From Candidatus Aenigmatarchaeota archaeon (GTDB taxonomy: Archaea > Aenigmatarchaeota > Aenigmatarchaeia > QMZP01 > JAFGSV01): a stretch of 64,000 nucleotides of DNA. Positions 19,016 to 27,439 of the stretch are shown piece by piece. The stretch covers positions 24,543 to 88,542 of the forward strand of contig JAFGFG010000009.1 in NCBI GenBank assembly GCA_016931255.1. Direction: 5' to 3'. The position numbers and the translations under genes are program-made. Below the pieces are notes generated by a model. It ran no database searches, was not told the DNA's origin, and worked only from the letters and a program-made list of their open reading frames with translations. How positions within the stretch are numbered: the stretch's first letter is position 1; the number at the start of each line of letters is the position of its first letter.

Positions 19016-19858
19016 ATGGCAGAAAATTGGTACGGCACAATGAAGAAATGCATGAAAGATTCATTCAAAACCCTTTCTGCAATTCAGTGGAAGAGCAACA
19101 TAGTAACAGCACTGAAGATGTCCATAGAGCCAAAGAGGTTCGTGCCTTTTTTCTTCATCCAGTCTGCAATCATACTTCTCACTCTTCTCCTTACCGGAGA
19201 CACAATATCCGGTAACATCGCTTTTCTGGATGCCGGAATAATGACTGCGGATGTCCTGCTTCCTGTAATAGGGATGATGATGGCCTTCGGTGTTCTCATG
19301 ATTGTCAATGTCTGGATAACCGGTGCTATGATATACCAGGCAAAGAGCCCCAAGGAATACAGGGAGAGCTTCCGTCTGGCTTTCGGAAAGCTGCATCATC
19401 TTATCATAGCGATGTTCATTGTTTCGTTAATATCCAATCTCAGTAGCATGGTACAGTACATCGGAGCCCTTTTCGTGCTGCTGTTCACATTGATGTTCTT
19501 GTTCGTGAACCAGTCAATAATGATAAGCGGGAACAGTTTCCTTGAAGCGCTGAAAAACAGTTCCAGGACATTCTGGGGCAAGAAGATTGCTGTTCTGTCA
19601 TCCTTCGTGGTCGGAATGGCAGTGACCTTTGCTATAGTTGGAATCTCAAGCATCCCGCTGCTGGGCGTCTCTTTCATGCAATACCCATTCCTTCTTGACG
19701 GCAGCACAGTCGCTGAACTGGAAACTTTGACTGACACGCCCCTGATGTACGCTGCGTCAGTGATCATTCTTCTCGGAATAGCGATATCAACAGTCTTCAG
19801 CATAAGGTTCATCACAGATGTCTATCTCCAGCTGAAGAAAAAGAAATGGGCATTCTAA
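19016..19858 (+). CDS. integral membrane protein
   Basis: About 6 hydrophobic segments; ALKNSSR loop. Confidence 0.7.
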   Translation: MAENWYGTMKKCMKDSFKTLSAIQWKSNIVTALKMSIEPKRFVPFFFIQSAIILLTLLLTGDTISGNIAFLDAGIMTADVLLPVIGMMMAFGVLMIVNVWITGAMIYQAKSPKEYRESFRLAFGKLHHLIIAMFIVSLISNLSSMVQYIGALFVLLFTLMFLFVNQSIMISGNSFLEALKNSSRTFWGKKIAVLSSFVVGMAVTFAIVGISSIPLLGVSFMQYPFLLDGSTVAELETLTDTPLMYAASVIILLGIAISTVFSIRFITDVYLQLKKKKWAF

Positions 19859-19890
19859 GGATTTTTATATCCCTCCGAAAAGAATAGACT

Positions 19891-21048
19891 ATGCTTCTTG
19901 GATTTGTGGGGCTTCCGAACAGCGGAAAGTCAACTATGCTCAAGGCTGCGACACTGGCAGATGTCCAGATAGCCAATTATCCTTTCACCACGATAGAGCC
20001 CAATCAGGCTGTCGGATACCTGATAACAGACTGCCCGTGCAGAAAGCTCGGTGTTTCGTGCAATCCCCAGAACTCGAAATGCCTGAACGGAAAGCGGTGG
20101 ATACCAGTGAAGCTTCTGGATGTCGCAGGTCTTGTTCCGGGTGCCCATGAGGGCAAGGGCCTTGGCAACAGGTTTCTCGACGACCTCAGGCAGGCCGATG
20201 GTCTCATACATGTGCTGGATGCATCAGGACTCACTGACTCTGAGGGCAAACAGCGTCCATCAGACAATCTCTGGGACCCAGAAAATAACATAAAGGTTCT
20301 TGAAGGGGAGATAGACGAGTGGCTTTTTGACATCATACAGAAGAACATAGAGAAGGTCGAGAACCTCGCGCGCATGAAAAAGATACCTGTGGAAAGGCTG
20401 CTCGGTGAAAAGCTGTCGGGCCTTGGCATAAACGAGGACGACATAAAACGTGCTTCCGGAAAAGCTGACATGAAGAGCAGGGAATTCGCAACCATCCTGA
20501 GGAAGGAGTCAAAGCCCATCATGATAGCTGCGAACAAGATAGACAAGGAAAGCGCCAGAAATAATTATGAATCTATAAAATCAAAGCGCCAGAATGTGAT
20601 ACCGACTTCAGCTGATTTCGAGCTCGCTTTAAGGGAGGCCGCTGAGCACGGCATGATAGATTACCAGCCAGGTGACAGCGACTTCAGCCTGAAGGGCGAT
20701 GTGAACGAAAAGCAGAAGGAAGCACTTGAGTTCATACGCAGAAATGTCCTCAAGGTCTATGGCTCAACCGGCGTCCAGAAGGCGCTCAATTCAATGGTTT
20801 TCGACATGCTCCATTATATTCCCGTCTATCCTGTGGCCAGCATAAGCAGGCTCTCGGACTCAAAAGGCAACGTGCTTCCGGATGTGCATCTCGTGAAGAA
20901 GGGCACCACGATGAAGGAGCTCGCCGGAAAGGTACACAGCACAATGGCTGACAAGTTCATAGGCGGGCTGGACCTCGACAGGAAGAAGGTCGGTGCAGAC
21001 CACGAGCTTAAAAGCGGGGATGTTGTGGAAATAATATTTTCAAAGTGA
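19891..21048 (+). CDS. ychF: YchF/Obg-family translation-associated NTPase
   Basis: GLPNSGKST, ANYPFTTIEPN, DVAGLVPGAH, ANKID, C-terminal TGS domain. Confidence 0.92.
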   Translation: MLLGFVGLPNSGKSTMLKAATLADVQIANYPFTTIEPNQAVGYLITDCPCRKLGVSCNPQNSKCLNGKRWIPVKLLDVAGLVPGAHEGKGLGNRFLDDLRQADGLIHVLDASGLTDSEGKQRPSDNLWDPENNIKVLEGEIDEWLFDIIQKNIEKVENLARMKKIPVERLLGEKLSGLGINEDDIKRASGKADMKSREFATILRKESKPIMIAANKIDKESARNNYESIKSKRQNVIPTSADFELALREAAEHGMIDYQPGDSDFSLKGDVNEKQKEALEFIRRNVLKVYGSTGVQKALNSMVFDMLHYIPVYPVASISRLSDSKGNVLPDVHLVKKGTTMKELAGKVHSTMADKFIGGLDLDRKKVGADHELKSGDVVEIIFSK

Positions 21049-21052
21049 TTTT

Positions 21053-21784
21053 ATGCTTTACCTGATAGGTCTTGGGATTGGTAACGAAGGAGACATCCCA
21101 GTCCGCGGGCTTGAGGCATGCAGGGCATCGGACCATGTTTTTCTTGAGCTCTACACAGCGAGGTGGCCCGGAAGCCTGAAGAAGCTCGAGAAAGCTGTTG
21201 GGAAGAAAATCAATATGCTCCAGCGCTCTGACATCGAGGAACATGTATCAAAGCTTGTAAATCTTGCAAAGAAGAAGAAGGTTTCAGTCCTTGTGGCAGG
21301 CGACCCCCTTAGTGCCACAACGCACCTGAACGTTCTCATGGAAGCGAAGGAGCAGAAAGTCAGGACAGAAGTTATTCACAGCTCGTCCATACTCACAGCA
21401 GTTGCAGAGACAGGACTTTCCCTCTATAATTTCGGCAGGACTGTTACAGTAGTCGCTCCTGCAAAGGATTACGCTCCGACATCTTTCTATGACTATGCGG
21501 TTGCCAATAGCAATCAGGGGATGCATACACTCTTCCTTCTGGACATAGACATGGACACGTCACAGGCCATGGAAGTACTGCTCATGATAGAGAAGGAGAA
21601 GAAAAAGAAGCTCTTCAGCAGCGACACCAGACTTATAGCGTGCAGCGGGCTTGGCTCGGGAAAATCCGTAATCCGGTACCGCATGGCAATAGACCTGCTC
21701 AAGAGACCACTCGGGCCGCCGGCTGTGCTGATACTTCCCGGAAAGATGCATTTCACCGAGGAAGAGTATCTCAAATCCCTCTGA
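21053..21784 (+). CDS. dph5: diphthine synthase
   Basis: LYLIGLG, LELYT, GDPLSATTH, GLSLYNFG, HTLFLLD. Confidence 0.95.
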   Translation: MLYLIGLGIGNEGDIPVRGLEACRASDHVFLELYTARWPGSLKKLEKAVGKKINMLQRSDIEEHVSKLVNLAKKKKVSVLVAGDPLSATTHLNVLMEAKEQKVRTEVIHSSSILTAVAETGLSLYNFGRTVTVVAPAKDYAPTSFYDYAVANSNQGMHTLFLLDIDMDTSQAMEVLLMIEKEKKKKLFSSDTRLIACSGLGSGKSVIRYRMAIDLLKRPLGPPAVLILPGKMHFTEEEYLKSL

Positions 21785-22016
21785 TTCTGATGCTTTCCCT
21801 GATACCGGTTCTGAAAATTCAAAAACATCAATTTTTCAGTTAAAAACGATATCATGCGTCCAATAACAAGGCTTATAAAGCCTTATGTTAAGTATAATTA
21901 ACATCCGGAAACATCAAAAAACGCACATTTTTTCGAGTAAAATCGACATCAGTAAAGCAACAATAACCTTTATAAAGACCAAAAGTAACTACTATATAGG
22001 GATAAATTAGGTGAAT

Positions 22017-22622
22017 ATGATGACTAAGGAAAAAATTGTTCAGGATGGAAGAGAGGAGATTTCTGTAGCTTTCGGTCCGCAGAGTTTCAAAAAGGCTGAG
22101 AATGAGCTTTTTTCTGAGAAGATAGACCCTGTCAGGGCAAGGAGCTTCTGGGGAGAGGTTGGAAAGGCTGCAATAGAGATAGGCAAGGCTGTAGCCACAA
22201 GACCCACAAGGGCCAGGGCAAGGATTGGCGCTTATGATATTCTGGGTGTAGGTGTTGAAGAGAACAAGATTCCTTCTTACAGGAACGCTCTCACAACCAC
22301 ATACACCAAGGTCGGCAATGATTACCTTCAGAAGATAACAGGAGAATTTGGTAAATTCGTCTACGGTGCAAATGACAATGGTGATATTTACGTGAACAGG
22401 AATCTTGACATAGCTGATGAGAAGGCCACAAACCTTCACGAGTATGCGCACACGGACAAGCCTCATGCAGGCGAGACAGAGGTCGAGGCTACCGGAAGGG
22501 CTTATGCTGAATACATAGCTGATAACGACTACAGCGGCCAGATAAGGGAGCTTGCAAGAGCTGCCCTTATAGGCTTTGAAAAAGTGGAGGGAAAGTCCTT
22601 TAACGGGTTTTCCTACAATTAA
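22017..22622 (+). CDS. hypothetical protein with HExxH zincin-like motif
   Basis: VYGAND..IYVN...NLHEYAHTD...GETEVEATG; AGGTGA RBS. Confidence 0.65.
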   Translation: MMTKEKIVQDGREEISVAFGPQSFKKAENELFSEKIDPVRARSFWGEVGKAAIEIGKAVATRPTRARARIGAYDILGVGVEENKIPSYRNALTTTYTKVGNDYLQKITGEFGKFVYGANDNGDIYVNRNLDIADEKATNLHEYAHTDKPHAGETEVEATGRAYAEYIADNDYSGQIRELARAALIGFEKVEGKSFNGFSYN

Positions 22623-22633
22623 GGGGAATTGAT

Positions 22634-22816
22634 ATGATGACAGTAAAACTTCAGAGGATGGCGAAGTACGCGAACGATGTAGACCTGCTGATGTCACTTG
22701 TGACACAGAAGGGCCTGGACCCTTTCGCAGAAGAGAGGAAGAACAGCATGCTCTATCAGCTCGAGGCTGAGGAGATTACTGCTGACAGCGTTAAAAATCT
22801 TATGGAGAATGCTTAA
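22634..22816 (+). CDS. small hypothetical protein (60 aa)
   Basis: GGGGA RBS; sits between two co-oriented ORFs. Confidence 0.55.
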   Translation: MMTVKLQRMAKYANDVDLLMSLVTQKGLDPFAEERKNSMLYQLEAEEITADSVKNLMENA

Positions 22817-22829
22817 AGGAGTGATTACT

Positions 22830-23714
22830 ATGGGAAGACTTGACAAGCTTTACGATGAAAGCATAATGATAAAAAGGCCTATGAAGGGAACTAGAATTGG
22901 TAGCATAGGCAAGATGATTGTGAACAAAGTCGGAGAAGAGCTTGTCAAAAAAATTCCTGATTCTTCTGGTGCAGGTATTCTTAGCGGTGTTTACAATTCA
23001 GCGAAGAACGGTCTTAGGGAAACACTTCAAGCAAAGAAGCATAAGTATGGTAAGGATGCATTTGAGAATCCCATATCTGGACTTAATAAGATTGTCCAGA
23101 ATGGATGGTCTCTTTATCACCTCAAGGACGGTCTCACTACAATGGACAGCGTTTACACTGTCGAGAGGGGTGGCGCAGAGTATATGATTTATATGCAGGG
23201 AGATGGCGAGAGCTTAAGCACCGCAGATCTCTCTTACATGGCTGACAATGTGAAAGGAAAGGAAGCGGAAGTTGAAATGAGTCTCTACAACAGTCTGGAA
23301 AAGTTCAAAGACGACGACTCAGTTGAAGCTGGCGTTTACGAAGAGCTTACAGACAACGACGCAAAGCAGACGATGGATAAAAACAGAGTACCATCTGAAT
23401 ACAGGCGCGCAGAGCTTTGGTTATTCGGAAAGAAGGGAAAGAGGACAGTCGTTGGCACAGCATCTGACGGTTCAAAAATAATAAGATACGAGAAGCCTTC
23501 TACAGCTGACTTTCTTAAGTATTATGGAAGAATGGATCTCATGTACAGTGCACTTTCCATGACTGCAGCTCCTGCTGAAGGTATTCTTTCAAACCAGGCT
23601 AAAGAAAACCTCTATGTGTCAGAAGCGGTAAACAGCATAGAATCAACAAAGAGGGCCTACGGTGGTGGGGCAAATCCACTTGCGCCTCACTCAATATACA
23701 GGAATGTCGCCTAA
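22830..23714 (+). CDS. hypothetical protein
   Basis: GGAGTGA RBS before ATG 22830; no recognised motif. Confidence 0.6.
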   Translation: MGRLDKLYDESIMIKRPMKGTRIGSIGKMIVNKVGEELVKKIPDSSGAGILSGVYNSAKNGLRETLQAKKHKYGKDAFENPISGLNKIVQNGWSLYHLKDGLTTMDSVYTVERGGAEYMIYMQGDGESLSTADLSYMADNVKGKEAEVEMSLYNSLEKFKDDDSVEAGVYEELTDNDAKQTMDKNRVPSEYRRAELWLFGKKGKRTVVGTASDGSKIIRYEKPSTADFLKYYGRMDLMYSALSMTAAPAEGILSNQAKENLYVSEAVNSIESTKRAYGGGANPLAPHSIYRNVA

Positions 23715-23753
23715 AATCCAAACTTATTAATCTTTCTTTGGTCATTAATTATT

Positions 23754-24419
23754 ATGGCTGATATTCTCACTATGCTGCAGCAGCTTCTCTGCTACGGGAA
23801 CTACTCGTGCATGCAGGAGTTTCAGCAGTACATGTACCAGCCTGTTGAAGGGCTGTTTTATGCGATATTCTTTCCCGTTGTTTTCATAATAATTTTCATA
23901 TACATAATAGCTGGCACTGTGGGCCAGTTCAATAGGGGAATAAGACTTCTTGTGGCAATGGCTGTATTTGCTTTCATAATATTACAGGGATGGTACGGAT
24001 TCTTCATTTCACTGAGCAAGATGTGGCTCATTATCATAGTGCTTTTGGGATTCCTTTGGATGCTGCTGCATACGTTTGTCGGCAGAGGCCGTGGTGAAGG
24101 CACTGCCAAAGGAAGAACAGGCGGCCACGACGGGTTTAAAATCGCTGGTATAGATGTTGGTGGTGCGGTCTGGAATAAGCTTACTGGCACCACCGGTGTC
24201 CAGCTTGAAACGCTTAAAGCGGATATTGATACGCTTGAATCAACACCAGTAGGCATGCACGGAATAGATGAGATGACTTCAAGGATAAACGGAAAGCTGC
24301 TTGAGCTTAGAGGCGACCCTGCGAAGTACGGCCTTGACAAGGGTAAAGTTGACAAATTAATGCATAGATACATGGATTTATGTAAGAAAAAGGGTGTGAA
24401 GGCGAACCTTCCTAAATAG
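23754..24419 (+). CDS. membrane protein (3 TM plus soluble C-terminal tail)
   Basis: Hydrophobic FFPVVFIIIFIYII, LLVAMAVFAFII and WLIIIVLLGFLW segments. Confidence 0.7.
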   Translation: MADILTMLQQLLCYGNYSCMQEFQQYMYQPVEGLFYAIFFPVVFIIIFIYIIAGTVGQFNRGIRLLVAMAVFAFIILQGWYGFFISLSKMWLIIIVLLGFLWMLLHTFVGRGRGEGTAKGRTGGHDGFKIAGIDVGGAVWNKLTGTTGVQLETLKADIDTLESTPVGMHGIDEMTSRINGKLLELRGDPAKYGLDKGKVDKLMHRYMDLCKKKGVKANLPK

Positions 24420-24427
24420 GTGATTAG

Positions 24428-24865
24428 ATGGCACTCGATTTCACAGCACTGGAAACGCTTCTCCCCTTCCTTCTGATACTCGCTGTTTCATACGGGGCTC
24501 TCGAGACAGTGGGAATGTTCAGGAACAAGGCCGTGAAGGCCATAATAGCTGTGGTTCTCGCGTTCTTTGCTATTTCCAATTCCATGACAGTCACTTACAT
24601 AAACGGCCTGCTTCCGTATGCAGCCATACTTTTCATAATTTTCTTTGGCATAGGCTTCGTCAAGAAATCACTCAGCGGTGGGCAGAAGGACAACGAGCTG
24701 ATAATAATCATCATAGTGCTGGTCATGCTGTTCGTGGGCTCGCTGTACACAACGACAAGCGATTTCAATATGTACCAGTACAACGAGCTTGTATGGATAG
24801 CCGGCATAGCTGTCATAGGTGCGATACTGTATGGCGCATACAGAATGAAAGAGCCTGTAAGGTGA
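24428..24865 (+). CDS. multi-pass membrane protein (LPFLL..A..YG family)
   Basis: LLPFLLILAVSYGALE; about 5 TM. Confidence 0.75.
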   Translation: MALDFTALETLLPFLLILAVSYGALETVGMFRNKAVKAIIAVVLAFFAISNSMTVTYINGLLPYAAILFIIFFGIGFVKKSLSGGQKDNELIIIIIVLVMLFVGSLYTTTSDFNMYQYNELVWIAGIAVIGAILYGAYRMKEPVR

Positions 24866-24869
24866 TTTA

Positions 24870-25205
24870 ATGGCGGCATTCGAGACCATGGTACGGTTTC
24901 TTGAGTCACTTGGTGTCTTCAATTACCTTGCTTTCGTTCTTCTTATCACAATTCTCTATTACTCTTTCGAATACATTCTCAGGAACATAAAGGCGCTCGA
25001 AAAGAGGCAGACTCACAGGATGATACTGGCAGTAGTACTGTCAGTTGCCGTGACTGCGCTGATGTACGTCATTTTCTTTCCTGTGGCCGGCTCAGTAGGC
25101 ATGGTTGTCGCTGGTATTGTTTTCATATCTGCGGTTTTCTTCCTTCTGGCTGCAACAGGCATGAGGCTCGGAGGAATGGACATTCCCTCCCTTTTTCGGA
25201 AGTAA
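24870..25205 (+). CDS. small membrane protein, probable paralog of neighbours
   Basis: MAAFETMV...YLAFVLLITILYY; about 3 TM. Confidence 0.7.
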   Translation: MAAFETMVRFLESLGVFNYLAFVLLITILYYSFEYILRNIKALEKRQTHRMILAVVLSVAVTALMYVIFFPVAGSVGMVVAGIVFISAVFFLLAATGMRLGGMDIPSLFRK

Positions 25206-25255
25206 CCGGCTCAATACCATGAAAGTTTATAAGTCTTCCCACGCAATAACATTTT

Positions 25256-25816
25256 ATGGGACTATTCGAAACAATGGTTCAGAACATGCAGAGGATGGAG
25301 TTCTTCCAGTATCTCTTCCCATTCCTGCTCGCATTCGCTCTTCTTTACGGGCTTATGCAGTGGGCATTCAAAGAAAACCTTGGCGGTAGGAGGGTGCATA
25401 CGCTCATAGCGATTATTCTTTCATTCTTCGTAATGCTTTATTCGAGCTACAACACATGGCTTTTCGCGCTCCTTACAACCACTTCAGGCATATGGCTTGG
25501 GCTTGCAACAGTTGCACTTCTGTTAGTGCTCTTCGCACAGCTCCTTGGCATAGACATAGGTTCAATGCTGAGTGGCGCCGGGGGAAGCAAATACCCATGG
25601 ATAAAGTGGATAATCCTCCTCATCATTGTCTGGATCGTTCTGTCAGCGTTCCTTGGATACGCAGGTATGTCAGCATGGCTTCCATACTGGCTTACAGGCA
25701 GTGATCTTTGGACAGTGCTTCTCGTAGTCGTCATCATAGGTGCAGTCTTCTACTTCGTTGGTGAAGACAGCGGCAAATCCAGCGGTGGCAGCGACGATAA
25801 GGCGAAACCGAGTTAA
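25256..25816 (+). CDS. multi-pass membrane protein (LPFLL..A..YG family)
   Basis: MGLFETMV...LFPFLLAFALLYGLMQ; about 5 TM. Confidence 0.75.
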   Translation: MGLFETMVQNMQRMEFFQYLFPFLLAFALLYGLMQWAFKENLGGRRVHTLIAIILSFFVMLYSSYNTWLFALLTTTSGIWLGLATVALLLVLFAQLLGIDIGSMLSGAGGSKYPWIKWIILLIIVWIVLSAFLGYAGMSAWLPYWLTGSDLWTVLLVVVIIGAVFYFVGEDSGKSSGGSDDKAKPS

Positions 25817-25856
25817 TTTTTTACACTTTTTCTCTTTATTTCAGAATTAGATGAAG

Positions 25857-26924
25857 CTATCTGCTTTTGGGCGGTGCGTATCTCGGGGGCTCACCAGGCT
25901 CGTCGTCTTTCTGAGGTTCCGGTGCTTCCCTGGCCTTAGGCTTTTCAAGCGGATTTTCTGTCATAACCTTCTTCTCAGGAGTCTTCGGAGGCTCGGGAAC
26001 AGGAGCAGGCGACGAAGCGAACTTCATCTTTCTTATGGATTCAATCATGGGGTTCAGCGAGCTTTTTACAACCTCTTCAATGGAGTCGATTCTTGCGTTG
26101 GTTTCCTCTATGCTTTCTTTCTGAATACCTATATCCTTTTTCAGGTTCATCACCTCATCTGGTGATGATGCCCCGCTCTGGGATGATGAATTCTTCATAT
26201 CACTTTCAATTTTCTCAAGTCTTTCTTCCAGATCGCTGAACCTGACAGCTATTTCTTTCATTTTTTCATCAGCTATCTCTTCAGTGAGCTCCTCGATGTC
26301 TCTTCTTCTGCGCTCCTTGAGTATCCTTGTTCTGTCATCCTTGTCCTTTGGTAGCGGCGATCTTGCAAAAGGCAGGGGTTCGAGTTCATCCCTTGGCACG
26401 GGAGGCGGACCCATTCCGGTGGAGTCTTCCATCCTGTCAATAAAAGCATCAGGTCCCATTTTCCTTTCTTTCGGCACATCGTCGATGTCATCCATGTCGT
26501 CAAGGTCATCGTCCCACTTGGTTGGCGCAAACTGATTCTTTGGTGCAGCAGGCGGCATATTGAATCCCCTTGGTGAAAAAGGCTCGTCACCCGTCATATC
26601 ATCAATTTCCGGTTGCTGAGGCGATGGCTGTTCTGGAGACATTGGCGGTATTTGTCTGGGCTGAAGCGGCCTCTGCGGCTCCTGTGGCATTGCAGGCATC
26701 TGTGGAACTCCCTGGGCCGAGCCAGAAGAACCTGACCTCATGGCGTCCTTCATTGCGCGGTCAACCTCTATGGGGCTGAATCCGTCCTCTCTGAGTGTTT
26801 TTACAATCTCCGGTTCCGAGAAGCCCTGAGAAGACATGGAAAGAACTTTCTGAGTGGGGACACCCCTCCCCCCGGCGGCTGGTGCCGGTGGCGCATTACC
26901 CTTCTTTTTCCCCAATCCTAACAT
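25857..26924 (-). CDS. Pro/Asp-rich disordered protein with N-terminal helical domain and coiled coil
   Basis: GFSEPEIVKTLREDGFSPIEVDRAM; low-complexity centre; DIEELTEEIADEK coiled coil. Confidence 0.7.
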   Translation of the reverse strand: MLGLGKKKGNAPPAPAAGGRGVPTQKVLSMSSQGFSEPEIVKTLREDGFSPIEVDRAMKDAMRSGSSGSAQGVPQMPAMPQEPQRPLQPRQIPPMSPEQPSPQQPEIDDMTGDEPFSPRGFNMPPAAPKNQFAPTKWDDDLDDMDDIDDVPKERKMGPDAFIDRMEDSTGMGPPPVPRDELEPLPFARSPLPKDKDDRTRILKERRRRDIEELTEEIADEKMKEIAVRFSDLEERLEKIESDMKNSSSQSGASSPDEVMNLKKDIGIQKESIEETNARIDSIEEVVKSSLNPMIESIRKMKFASSPAPVPEPPKTPEKKVMTENPLEKPKAREAPEPQKDDEPGEPPRYAPPKSR

Positions 26925-26967
26925 AATCAGTACCGCATTTATAATTACTTTCATCTCTACTTAAAGA

Positions 26968-27354
26968 TTACTCAGGTGCCTTATCTGGCTGCCCTGCAAG
27001 CCGTGGGAGGATTGACTCGAACAGCTTTACTGTCTCCTCAACCCTCTTCAGCTCACTCTTCTTTACCATGAACTGGAGCTGCTTCACAACCTCCTTCAGT
27101 GTGTTATTGACTGTATTCGTTTTCTCGTCGAGAGCTGTCATCTTTTCTTCAATACCCTTCAGCCTGACATCAAGTGATTCAAGCTTTCCTGAGAACGATT
27201 CATCAAGAGAGCTTATCCTGCTGGTGAGAATCCTTTCCCTTTCCTCAATGAGCCTGAGCCTCTTTGTGTTGTCGTTGACCCTTCCGACGATTTCGTTGAC
27301 TATCGGCGCTCCGCCCTTCTTCTTTCCTGAAGACTGCTCATTCATGACAGGCAT
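26968..27354 (-). CDS. coiled-coil protein
   Basis: Heptad-rich RLRLIEERERILTSRISSLDE...ELKRVEETVKLF. Confidence 0.7.
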   Translation of the reverse strand: MPVMNEQSSGKKKGGAPIVNEIVGRVNDNTKRLRLIEERERILTSRISSLDESFSGKLESLDVRLKGIEEKMTALDEKTNTVNNTLKEVVKQLQFMVKKSELKRVEETVKLFESILPRLAGQPDKAPE

Positions 27355-27439
27355 AATATCAAACTCCGGTTATTTTTATTTAGTCTGCCACAATATAAAA
27401 GTACACAGAGATTTGAACAGCAGTTCAGGTGACCGGTTT

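Noticed and set aside
21888-22706. 272-aa minus-strand ORF
   Set aside because: Antisense to the RBS-led HExxH gene, with no motifs and shadow-ORF composition
27068-27439. Apparent 124-aa N-terminal extension of the pilus ATPase in the ORF track
   Set aside because: Antisense shadow of the 26968-27354 gene; the real start is ATG 27440 with an AGGTGA RBS
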